NCBI GenBank assembly: GCA_965235115.1
Contig: OZ249436.1
Coordinates: 9,984,001 to 10,048,000, forward strand
Direction of reading: 5' to 3'
Origin: Laetmonice hystrix
Taxonomy: Eukaryota
DNA: 64,000 nucleotides
Shown here: positions 29,059-41,700 of the stretch, piece by piece
Layout: each line of letters begins with the position of its first letter
How positions within the stretch are numbered: position 1 is the stretch's first letter
Translations under genes and position numbers: made by a program
The notes under the pieces: generated by a model
Seen by the model: the letters and a program-made list of their open reading frames with translations, nothing else
Databases searched by the model: none
What the model was told of the DNA's origin: nothing

Positions 29059-29188
29059 CCCCCAGAACACTATTACTAACAACGATTTCTTTTCGCTGTT
29101 TCTTGTAGTTGCATAATTGTTGTCACCTGAAGGCTCTTGTAGCATTCCAAAACGCGTTAATCAAGATATATAATTTTGCATGCTATCT

Positions 29189-29194
29189 TTTATT
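29189..29194 (-). terminator. Candidate polyadenylation signal of the GPCR gene
   Basis: AATAAA on the minus strand about 460 nt after the stop. Confidence 0.4.
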
Positions 29195-29650
29195 CATTGA
29201 AAGCCTAAAATATGATCAACTGCTTGAACCAAACATATATACATGTAGGGTATATTACTATAATTGTTACAAATTTTGATATACAAAGTCATATTCTAGT
29301 ATCATTATGCCTACACCAATCAACTATCCACCAATCACGGTTAACACCTATGACTAGGACTAGATGTCTATAGCACTCGGTAAATTGATAATGATAATTA
29401 TTTACAAATTAGGTACAGTTTACTGCATTGGTCCACTTTGTGCGTGTCTGTTCAGCGATTATCACTACATGCCTCTGGGTCCGAAGATCTTCAGTGTGGT
29501 GTCCAACATTTGCGATATAACAAAAGTATGGGTGCAATATATAAGATTACGTGACGAACAGATTTGGAGGAAGGGCTACATTTGTTGTCTCCTGATCAGA
29601 CAGGAACCAGGATCGGGTTGACGTTTTACAAATTTTGGACATCAAAGTCG

Positions 29651-29795
29651 TCAGATAGAATTCTGGGGCGGCGATTTTCCTTTAGAGATCACTGAGAGTT
29701 CGTTACTCTTGGTGCCGATCGAAGTTTCACTCACACCCGTGCGCAGTGTTGCACTTGAGGCAGCTGTAGTCATAGCCTGCCGCTTCTTTCGTCCT
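29651..29795 (-). CDS. GPCR last coding exon: Ser/Thr-rich cytoplasmic tail
   Basis: Phase-2 acceptor, [21 protein letters not shown] stop. Confidence 0.8.
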
Positions 29796-32700
29796 CTGAA
29801 ATTGTCATTGACAGTACATTTGTATTTTGTTCTAGTTGTCTCGGAACAACAAATTAACCAATCCTTATTTTACGATATACTATAACAGGTTGAAATGAAG
29901 AAAGTGAAAAGATTTAAATATTCAGGTTTAACTTATTTCCCACGGATATTAAACCAGATCTGTCATACAAACACAAAGAGAGTTTTTTTACCCTGAACAG
30001 TCCAATGCGGACATAGTGTAGAGAATAGGGTTCACAGCCGAGTTGAGCGGTAAAACGAATACAGCGACCCAAGCGGAAACTTGCGGCGGAACAGGCACGC
30101 CCCCTAACGCCGCAAACCCTATCAGTATGATTGGTACCTGCAGAGAGAGAGAGAGAGAGTTAGATATCGGATCAGTATGATCGGTACCTGGCAGACCTGC
30201 CAAATCTTCTTGCATACCAAGCGGGAGAATCTCCCACTTGAGGTAATCTCAAACGGGAGATAAACGGTACCAGTGATCAAACGGCTTGTAAATACAAGTA
30301 TAATATTCTTATCCATAATTCATGAGGGGACGCATGCAAAGATATAGGCCAAAGAACGGCAGAGAGGCCACATGTGAGCACCATCAACTGTCTTTTTCTG
30401 CAAATGAAAGCAGGCGGGAGATTTCAGAGGTCAGTCGGGAGATCAGGAGAAAAGGGCAAATAACCCCCAAATTCGGGAGTTCTCCCGCCTAAGCGGGAGT
30501 TTTGGCAGGTCTGACCTGGAGAGAGTTAGAGTTAGATATCGGTATCAGTATGATTGGTACCTGGAGAGGGAGAGTTAGATATCGGTATCAGTATGATTGG
30601 TACCAGGGAGAGTTAGATATCGGTATCAGTATGATTGGTACCTGGGGAGGGAGAGGTTCATAACTTAAAATAAATTAGTTGGTGCTAGTGAAGTTAGATG
30701 TTACAAACCCAACAAATCAGGTCCGAGGCGACAATGAGCATGAGTTTCTTAGCGAGGGCGTACTCATCCGTGGCGGCTGTAGACTTGTTTCCCATTCTCT
30801 GGGCCGCCGATTTAACAGATATAAAGATGACTGCATACCTGGAAACAAACAGCCTCGGACTTATTACATAATTGAAATTAAAATGTAGCACTTTGTACTA
30901 TCCTAAGGATGTCATATAGATAATTACTCCTACACACAGAGCATTATACCAAGGAGAATAGTGGAATATGACCACCCAAGACTGGGACAACCTGCACAAT
31001 ATACATGTGGTTCACATCGACGGTTTAAAGAAACTTACCCGAGCTATGAAAATAAACTTACCCGACGGCTATGAAATAAACTTACCCGACGGCTATGAAA
31101 AATAAACTTACCCGACGACTATGATAATAAACTTATCCGACGGCTATGAAAATAAACTTACCTGACGGCTATGAAAAAATATTACCCGACGGCTATGAAA
31201 ATAAACTTACCCGACGGCTATGAGAATATACTTACCCGACGGCTATGAAAATAAACTTACCCGACGGCTATGAAAAATAAACTTACCCGACGACTATGAT
31301 AATAAACTTATCCGACGGCTATGAAAATAAACTTACCCGACGGCTATGAAAAAATATTACCCGACGGCTATGAAAATAAACTTACCCGATGGCTATGAAA
31401 ATAAACGAGATTAGATTGAGGACGAGAAATATGAAGACGCTGTACTCCCAGCCAGGTGGATGTTCATTAGTCAGTTGGAACGGTAGGCACACCCCTTCAG
31501 GTGGAAAAATCAAAACCATGACCGCATGGCGTCAGATATTCTTGTACAAAACAATGCTTGAATGTGTAGTTGGATAAGAAAAGGACACTTAGAGTTAAAG
31601 AGTTAAATAGGTCATTTCTCAAAAGTAGCTTTACATAAGGGCTATGTTTATAAGGGCTAATATATTAATCAGTGCATTATAATTCCTTGTAGTTATTATC
31701 ATGTGATAAGTCTCAGAAGAGCATCAGATTCTGTCCATATCAATTTTTATTATTATCAAACCTGTTCGACCAAAGAAAGAGTCCCCAAAGTAAGCGATCC
31801 TCAAGGCCGGTAGAAGGCTGAGTACGAAACAGCCGATCCAGCCGGCAATCACCACTCCCCGGGCGTGCGCCATCCGGAAGGTGCCGATCCTGAGCGGGAA
31901 GAGGATGGCATAGAGTCGGTCTCCGGTGATGACGGTCAACATGTACACTGACACCTCACTCGATAACATGGCCAGGAACCCGGCCAATTGACACAGAGTG
32001 CTCGACCGCCACTTCTCGGCGTAAATGATGTACACACCGCGGTAGTAAATGTCCACGCCGGCAATGATCAACAGATACACTCCCATGAGGAGGTCCGAGC
32101 AGCCCAGGTTGATGATGAAGAAGGAGGATATTTTTGACCTGTCCGTTTTCACGCGCCAGATGACGACGAAGAGGTTGCCGAAGAAGGCGAATATTCCGAG
32201 CACCCAGATGCTGATCTGAAGAGGCGCGTTTGCCATGAGGTCCTCGCAGGATGAGAACTCGTCCGGTTCCGGGGAACACGACACCACGTGTTTGGCGATA
32301 CAGCAGAACTTGAAGGCGTCCGTGTTGAGGACGGAGAGGGTGGATACGGAGTCAAAGGTGTTCTCTGTAACATCGTCCATGGGGTTCTCCGTCAGGATAA
32401 GGTGGTTGATACTCGCCAGTGGGGAGAAGGTGCTCCGATCCACGCACGATACCAGGTTATTGTGGAGATTCAGGATCCGCAGAGATGTCAAGCCAGTGAA
32501 GACCTGGGGCTGTATGGAACTCACCGCATTATCACTGAGATCAAGTTCGAACAGGTTGCGCAAGTGACTGAATGCGAAGTGGGGGATGTAGGAGAGTTTA
32601 TTATGACTCAGGTCAAGCTTGCCCAACCAGTGGAGATGGAGAAATGACTCGACAGTTATGTTCAGCTGGTTGTGAGAGAGTATTATTACACGTAAGGTTC

Positions 32701-35700
32701 TGGTAGTTGTGTCGTCTGGGACACGAAGTGAGGAGAGACTCGAGTTGGAACACGTGAGGACATGTCCCCGACACACACACGGCTCCACACACAGCACGTC
32801 TGGAAACCACCGAGTCATATTGTTTTACTCTTCTCATTGCTCTTATTGCTTTTATCGTAATTAATAAATATTCTCATCAGCGCTTAGCATAGTCATGACC
32901 GAGCAGGAAAGGCGACAGTACATATATTTACTAGTATTTAAGTATCAGGAGAAATATATGAGGTGTACCTTCTAATTTACAATACCGTTCGTCTTCCCCG
33001 TATTTCTTACAGTGTACCTCACCGTCGCATACTTTGCTGTGCGGCAAACAGTAAGTCTCTCCTTTACACTGGAGAAGGCCTGTTTGGGAACAAAGATGTC
33101 ATTAAGGCCTGTTTGGGAACAAAGATGTCATTAAGGCCTGTTTGGGAACAAAGATGTCATTAAGGCCTGTTTGGGAACAAATATGTGAACCGTATGTCAT
33201 TGTGTCTTAACCCTGCTCAATTCATGGGTAAAAAATGTGTTGTAAGATGTAAGTGTTCCTATTCCTGACCTCATGCAGTGTGGATTATCTGTAGCACATT
33301 ACTGTGACACCGCATTCAGTGTGGATTATCTGTAGGACATTACCGTGACACCGCATGCAGTGTGGATTATCTGTAGCACATTACTGTGACACCGCATTCA
33401 GTGTGGATTAGCTGTAGGACATTACCGTGACACCGCATACAGTGTGGATTATCTGTAGCACATTACCATGACACCGCATGCAGTGTGGATTACTGTGTGC
33501 ACCGCATGCAGTGTGGATTATCTGTAGCACATTACCGTGACACCGCATGCAGTGTGGATTATCTGTAGCACATTACCGTGACACCGCATGCAGTGTGGGT
33601 TATCTGTAGCACATTACCGTGACACCGCATGCAGTGTGGATTATCTGTAGGACATTACCGTGACACCGCATGCAGTGTGGGTTATCTGTAGCACATTACC
33701 GTGACACCGCATGCAGTGTGGGTTATCTGTAGGACATTACCGTGACACCGCATGCAGTGTGGGTTATCTGTAGCACATTACCGTGACACCGCATGCAGTG
33801 TGGGTTATCTGTAGCACATTACCGTGACACCGCATGCAGTGTGGATTACTGTGTGCACTGCATGCAGTGTGGATTATCTGTAGCACATTACCGTGACACC
33901 GCATGCAGTGTGGATTATCTCTAGCACATTACCGTGACAACGCATGCAGTGTGGATTATCTGTAGCACATTACCATGACACCGCATGCAGTGTGGATTAT
34001 CTGTAGGACATTACTGTGACACCGCATGCAGTGTGGATTATCTGTAGCACATTACCGTGACACCGCATGCAGTGTGGATTAGCTGTAGCACATTACTGTA
34101 ACACCGCATTCAGTGTGGATTATCTGTAGCACATTACCGTGACACGTGTAGTTGAGACAGTTTTCTTCATCCTGCCCGGAAGGACAATCCCTAATCCCGT
34201 CACACACTTTGTTGTATGGTACAAAGTAGGCGTCGGGACAGTGGAACACACCATCACAAGTCATGTCGCCTGAATCAACAGTCAAAAATGAGGTTTTTCA
34301 AAAACCTTCTTTAAACAGGATTTCCAATGAGATTCTTTTCCCGTAAAATGGAAGACATTCCTAGCATATTGTCCTTTCCATGCCATTGTCCATTACAATC
34401 AACTGATAGCAGATGCTACAGTTCTTTCGTAGCTACCTCCGACCACATAGCATTGCTCTAATTTTACACCTGCACCGTTTTCTCACAGCGTCGCCCCGTG
34501 AGTAGTATATGAAGAGTCGACACTGTAGCAGGTACTCTTTATAAGATACATTTATACGCTTAAAAGATATACAAACCACACGCTTTTCGGACATGACTAC
34601 CATCCCGGCAAGACTGTTGGACCTCAACAAGGCCTTCGATGGCAGCGAACGTGTCAAACTGACACGTTTCTGCCCGAGAAAAACAACGTTCGTGACCCAG
34701 CTGACAGAACACCTGGTCGGGTTCAGGGCATCCAAGGAAAGTAGTATTCTCATCTTCACGGAGATTCTCAGTGTATATGGTGAACAGCGTTTGTAATTCT
34801 ACAACATAGGTACAAACAGGCCTTTCATAAGTTTGGTAACACGGGGTACAGAGATCACTGTGAGATCGAGACAGGTGGGAGGGGGGTGGGGGAGAAGCAT
34901 CAGGAGTCGGGGGTGGGAGGGAGGTAGAAGCGTCAGGAGTCGGGGGTGTGAGGGAGGTAGAAGCGTCAGGAGTCGGGGGTGTGAGGAAGGTAGAAGCGTC
35001 AGGAGTCGGTGGTGGGAGGGAGGTAGAAGCGTCAGGAGTCGGAGTGGGAGGGAGGTAGAAGCGTCAGGAGTCGGGGTGGGGAGGGGGTGGGTGGGAGGTA
35101 GAAGCGTCAGGAGTCGGGGCGGGAGGGAGGTAGAAGCGTCAGGAGTCGGGGGCGGGAGGGAGGTAGAAGCGTCAGGAGTCGGGGGCGGGAGGTAGGTAGA
35201 AGCGTCAGGAGTCGGGGGCGGGAGGGAGGTAGAAGCGTCAGGAGTCGGGGGTGGGAGGGAGGTAGAAGCGTCAAGAGTCGGGGGTGGGAGGGAGGTAGAA
35301 GCGTCAGTAGTCGGGGATGGGAGGGAGGTAGAAGCGCCAGGAGTCGGGGTGGGAGGTAGGTAGAAGCGTCAGGAGTAGGGGGTGGGAGGGAGGTAGAAGC
35401 GTCAGGAGTCGGGGGTGGGAGGGAGGTAGAAGCGTCAGGAGTCGGGGGCGGGAGGGAGGTAGAAGCGTCAGGAGTCGGGGGCGGGAGGTAGGTAGAAGCG
35501 TCAGGAGTTGGGGGTGGGAGGGAGGTAGAAGCGTCAGAAGTCGGGGTGGGAGGTAGGTAGAAGCGTCAGGAGTCGGGGTGGGAGGTAGGTAGAAGCGTCA
35601 GGAGTAGAGGACTGAAGGAATTTTACCGGCATACTGAGTTTCATCCTCCCGAGCGAGCCCCGCGCAGTCGCTGACCATATCATGATGGAGACCTTCCGGT

Positions 35701-38700
35701 ATACACTGCCCCGAGAAGCACTGGAAATCTCGACATCGTCCATCTAGAACGTCAATGTACATTTAGGTACAGAAACTATAGACACAGCATGGAGTTATCA
35801 GACTTGTATTTAATAACAGACTTGCTTACGACATGCTTCATGCCCTTCATCAGAACCATCCAAGCAGTGGACCTTGAAGTCACAAACACGCTTGACATCA
35901 ATGCACTGCCCATTATTACACCGGAACTTTGTGAATGGACATGCTTCGTGAACTGAAACAGACAGACATTTACTGATTTGTTTTAGGTATAAAAAAGGAT
36001 ATAAATCAGATAGTAGCCCACTAGAATTACCCATACCTAGTGTATTTATTACAAGGCACACCTACCTATCAACTAAAACTGTCAACTACAATGTATATAC
36101 AGAGGTTTGAAAGCAACCCACCACAATTATCCTCATCGGAATTGTCACCACAGTCATTACGGAAGTCACAGAACAATGACATCGAGATACAGCGACCGTT
36201 CTGACATCGGAACCTTTCCCGCCCACAATCTAAACATAATCCACATTTTTAGTGTAAGACAGCATTATCATCTACTAAGTAGTACGGAATTCCTACAATT
36301 TAAATTAATTGCCTCACATGAGTCGTTAGGGTAATCTTCGAAGGCAATGTTTATATGTTCTTTCTACATTGTGTTTTATTATGTGAGATATTTGTTGATA
36401 TAAATTCTATGAATGTTTATAATACATTGTGTTTTATTATGTGAGATATTTGTTGATATAAATTCTATGAATGTTTATAATACATTGTGTTTTATTATGT
36501 GAGATATTTGTTGATATAAATTCTATGAATGTTTACAATACATTGTGTTTTATTATGTGAGATATTTGTTGATATAAATTCTATGAATGTCTATAATACA
36601 TTGTGTTTTATTATGTGAGATATTTGTTGATATAAATTCTATGAATTGGAAGTATCGTACCTGAGCAGACCTCGTCTGTGTTATCCAGGCAGTCATTTTC
36701 TCCGTCACAGTAATAATCGTATGATATACACACTCCATTTCCACATCGGAATTCGTTCAGTCCGCAATCCTCATTAAAGGCTGCCATTCAGAAGTAACGT
36801 AATGTTGCATCAAATGTTCACCCATTTTGTGTTTCTGCTCTAGGCTAAGATTTGCTGAACGAGAGTTTCCACTTTTTGATGAAATAATAACTTACTTATT
36901 GCAGCAGTTTGACAGAGAACGTTATAGGATAGGCCATCATGATTAAACTGAACACATTCCCCTTCCTGAAGTCTGTACCGAACCTCAGTACTAAGTCGGT
37001 GGTTCTTATACACCTGTACATGAAAAACATGAAACGATGACATTCGTGATTTGATAACTGAATTCCACTCATTTTAATAGGAAATTCTTCATCTTTTACC
37101 ACTGACAGCTATCCTGCATTTTAATAACCCGACTTCATCCCATCTTGCGCAAAATCTAGGATTTAATCATGAATAATAAATTTAGCAACGAAACGCATGT
37201 CTCCTGCTCTGACATAGGCCGATATAATAAACCTACTTCAATAAACTTGCACGTGCTGTTAGAAGTCGATAACCAGATGTTGCCCATGTAAACCTTATGT
37301 CTCCACAGGTCCAGAAACTTGACAAACACAGTGAACAAGTCGGTGTTCATCCGTGCCATCCGACCATTTCTTGTCTGACAGACTTGTTCAGCGTCCTTCA
37401 CACTCATGCCACCAGGCGGCGCCACCTTGGACTCGGAGTTTTTCTGACGTTGAATCACCTTATCATAGTCAGTAAACATTTGGTAGCACGTTCCCTGCAC
37501 GTAAATCCAGCCTCTCGGACAGCCTGCAAGGACACTCAGGAAATGGATAATTTGATATAGAGGGATAGAAGCTTGTGGCAAATAACTGAACAATGATTTT
37601 GAATAACACAATGTTATATAAATAGACGCACAAACTTGAGTATACACGTATATACATGTAGGCCTACATCATTGTACTGTACATTACTCTACTGACCTAT
37701 GTATCCTTTCTCCTGATATTGTTGTAGAGTGTAGGTTTGGTTAACTTCTTTGTTACCTGAAACGAGCATGCTGGTCAATAAACCCTAATAATAACAATTT
37801 TCATCTTCACAAATAAGGACGTTTCGTAGTTGTCCTAATATAGGCCTATTTCAACCTCTCAACGAATCCACTGAAGGGGGCCAGGACATTCACCTACACA
37901 ATTATAGGCTACTGCCGTGAAATGACAAAAGGAAGCAAGTCCAAAGGTTCAAGTTTCGAGAAATGGACATAAACAAGTTGTCTCTACAGTGCAGTTGGAT
38001 GGACATGCTTGCTTCTGTCATGCGACTGATAGCTTCATAGGATGTTTAGCAGAAATACACCCATTGATAGATAGGACTTACTTCCCTGAATCCAAATTTA
38101 CACTTAAGTCGATTTTGATGAAAGTTGGACTTGCTTCCTTTTGTCATTTCACGGCAGAATACTTGTAGGCCTACCAGTCAAACTACGACCAAGAGTTTAA
38201 AGGTAGCCATACCCTTAGCCTGAACACTGCCCTGCGTGTTGGCGACCTTTTCACAGATAATTCCAGCGAAGAAGAGCGGGTAATCACAAGGCACCTTCGC
38301 CCAGTTGAGAGACGTGAACGGTGATACGGCAAGAATGACCGTGCACAGGGAGCCAAAGTCTGATTTAGGTTCCGGGGTACGCAAACCCAAGAATTCCATC
38401 GTTTCTACCATGTCTTCGTGTACTATAGTCTGCTCCCAAGGCTTGCGTGGCTGGTACCAGTCGTTATACCTGAACCATCGCCCAGAGTTTCATAATTAGG
38501 AAAAATCTAAACCTCACACGTATTCCTTTTTACGAATAGGCCTAGCCTACCCAATTCTATTTTAATCTAGTAGAGGCATAGATTGGCATACACATTCACT
38601 GGCGGATCCAGGATTTCACTAAAGGGGGGGGGGGGGCACAGAAAAGCAATTAATAATTGTTTGCATTACTAATTAAAGCTTATGCTCTTGAATGAGAGTT

Positions 38701-41700
38701 TTAGAGGTATAGATCTATAGGCCTACATAATAGCTCGGGGTTTCCCTGAGATACACCGTCAGTGTTAAAATTAATTAAAAGTGAGTAGGCTATATAAGCC
38801 TATAATTAGTGAAGCTAAAAGGCGGGGGGCACGTGCCCCCTGTGTCCCCTGGATCCGCCTTTGACATTGTTGCACGCGCGGCTATGTTTTGAAATATAGT
38901 AATGTCACACGAACGCGTAGGGGTCACGTCACAATGACGGAAGCGTTGTCCGTGTGCGTGCTCGATTTTAGCCACTTATAAGGTGGGCGACTATGGAATT
39001 TGTGGCCAACAAAGTCCCTTTCTACCAATACTGTTTTAGTGGCTTTATTGTTTCTGCACTGTAGAAATAAGATGCACCGATATACTTACGACATGAGGGT
39101 GCCATCAAGCCATTTGTAGCGGCCGTTACGACTGGTTAAGCCGAGGTATATGAGTCGGTGATTTACTTGCCAGGTGGCCGATGGGTCGACAAACCATTTA
39201 TTGGACAACTGATACTGAACAAAGAAACTGATGATTGATATTCTAAACCTCAAAAAGGAGCATTCTAATCACGAATGTAGTAGCCAGTAGGCGAATGAAA
39301 CAAAGTTTTGTCCACCCTTTTCAAAGAATGATGGCATTTTAGACATATTATTATGCTCTATAGCTTGAGGCTCCAGGATCTGGCAGATCTATACCAGCAG
39401 CTACTAAATTATGAAAACGCTACAACTCTGATGGGTCATTCGGCTTTTAAGCATTCAATGGTCCAATGTCAGCTAACTTTGTAACGCAAAGTCGGGAATT
39501 TGTTGTACCATGCTTGCTACTTTCATACACCGGATGCAGGACAGTACCCATGTCAGCGAACAGTCTGTTACATGAATTAAAAATGAACGGTAAATATTAG
39601 GATCAATTGGCTGTTTGTATAGGTCGCAGGTGCATGAATGACTTTTGAAGAAGAAAACAACAGCACATCAGTAAATGCCTTGACGGTGGACTACCTTCAG
39701 CCAGGTGGCGTCGTCCTCGTCTTTGATGGCGAACAATGTGGCGTTTTCCGACTGGCAGTGGTCGAGCGCAGTTTGCCAAGTTTTGTGATAGGCCGACTGG
39801 ATGGGTTCGTAATGCCGGTCCGTCCACATGTAATACCGGTAACAATGGCCGCGATAGTAATCATAGTACGTCGGGCATGACCCGTCCGATGTAGTACCTG
39901 TAGGGTTCCAGGGTTAATCGGCATCAATGGTTATCTAAATATAGGATAGTACCTGCAGGCCTACATAACTGAGTGGATTTATACTGGTACTTACTCTCTG
40001 TGAACGGAGGTTTTTCCATGTATGCGGTGGAATAAGACAGTTTAAATTCCCATCTTCGCGGTAGTGTTGTTCTGATGGTACTCAACTCAATTCCCAACTT
40101 CTGTCCAGGTGGAATCTGACAAGGACACCAACAAGTGCAAGAAACTTGTGTTTCTTTATGTGTGTGTCTTTTTTAAAACAAAAAAATATCTAAACGGTTT
40201 CTATGTGTTAATGCTTTGAGCTTTGAAGGTAAGTTTTGCTAACAGCAGATGCATAATTTATTATATTCATCTATCAGGAAGGCTGGACAGAGAAGTGTAC
40301 CTTAATTTGTTCCTGTGCTATGAATAGTTCAGTATCCTCGCACAGTTTTTATTTTAAAGGAAGGCTGGACAGAGAAGTGTACCTTAATTTGTTCCTGTGC
40401 TATGAATAGGTCAGTGTCCTCGCACAGTTTTTATTTTAAAGGAAGGCTGGACAGAGAAGTGTACCTTAATTTGTTCCTGTGCTATGAATAGATCAGCATC
40501 CTCGCACAGTTTCAGGGGGGTTGTCTCATACTGACCTTAATTTGTTCCTGTGCTATGAATAGATCAGTATCCTCGCACAGTTTCAGGGGGGTTGTCTCAT
40601 ACTGACCTTAATTTGTTCCTGTGCTATGAATAGATCAGTATCCTCGCACAGTTTCAGGGGGCTTGTCTCATACTGACCTTAATTTGTTCCTGTGCTATGA
40701 ATAGGTCAGTATCCTCGCATAGTTTCAGGGGGGTTGTCTCATACTGACGTAATTTGCCGGAATCCTTGGCAATCTCTATCACTGAAACGGCATGATTGCA
40801 TTTAGCGATTAGTAGGCTACATCTATGATCTAGTGATCCATCTCCAGGCTAGAGTCTGAGATGAAACACTAGAACTTGATATTACTCTACAACACAGGCA
40901 CCTATAATTATGGCGGAAAGCCAGAGTGGCAAAGAGAAGGAGCTCGTTTCAGTAAAGGGCCTTATCCACTAAGCCGATTTCCCTTGCGACGGCCATGCGA
41001 TTAATGGTGAAATTTTTCCTGGCTGGCCTTCCCTGTTTCAGGAAATGGGTTCCATCCTTTAATCTCAAAATAACAGTGAAATAAAAGGGTGATGTCAAAA
41101 TCGCATGGACGTGGCAAGGAAAATCGGCTTAGTGGATAGCCTATGGCCCTTTAGACTCTACGAGCTCGTATGGCCCTACAGCTCGTAAACAAGATAAAAC
41201 TCGTACATTTTGTTATTATGACCTACAGAAAATACGAGTTCGTAAATTACGAGTGTTTAGTGAAACGGTTCCCAGACGCATAGACTCTATGTTCTACTTA
41301 CACCTGAAGAACTCGTTACACTGTCCCGGGATAGCCGGCCCCCTGACGTAGTGTACACTGACGGCGAAGTAGACATGTAAGTCTGTCTTGAGTACCCACG
41401 ACCACAGACCCGGGCTCACCTGACCCGGAAAACCGGGCGACAAAAACACACCACAACGCGACGTCTTGGTCGTACTGGTCGACGTCTCCATGGTGTATTG
41501 GTCGCAGGACGACGGCCCTACGACAGTATTCTACTTACATGAACAGGTCGATTGTGGGCACTCCCCAGCATTCAACATTGAACTTCTTTCAACCCTTATC
41601 TGTATCGACTTTCAAACTTTGTTGTGATGGTATTTTAAAAGCAACGGCTTGTCAAAAATCATATTTGGACCACCGCAAGGCCACCATGTATACTCACCTT

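Noticed and set aside
28495..29079. 194-aa ORF
   Set aside because: Made up of two tandem repeat arrays.
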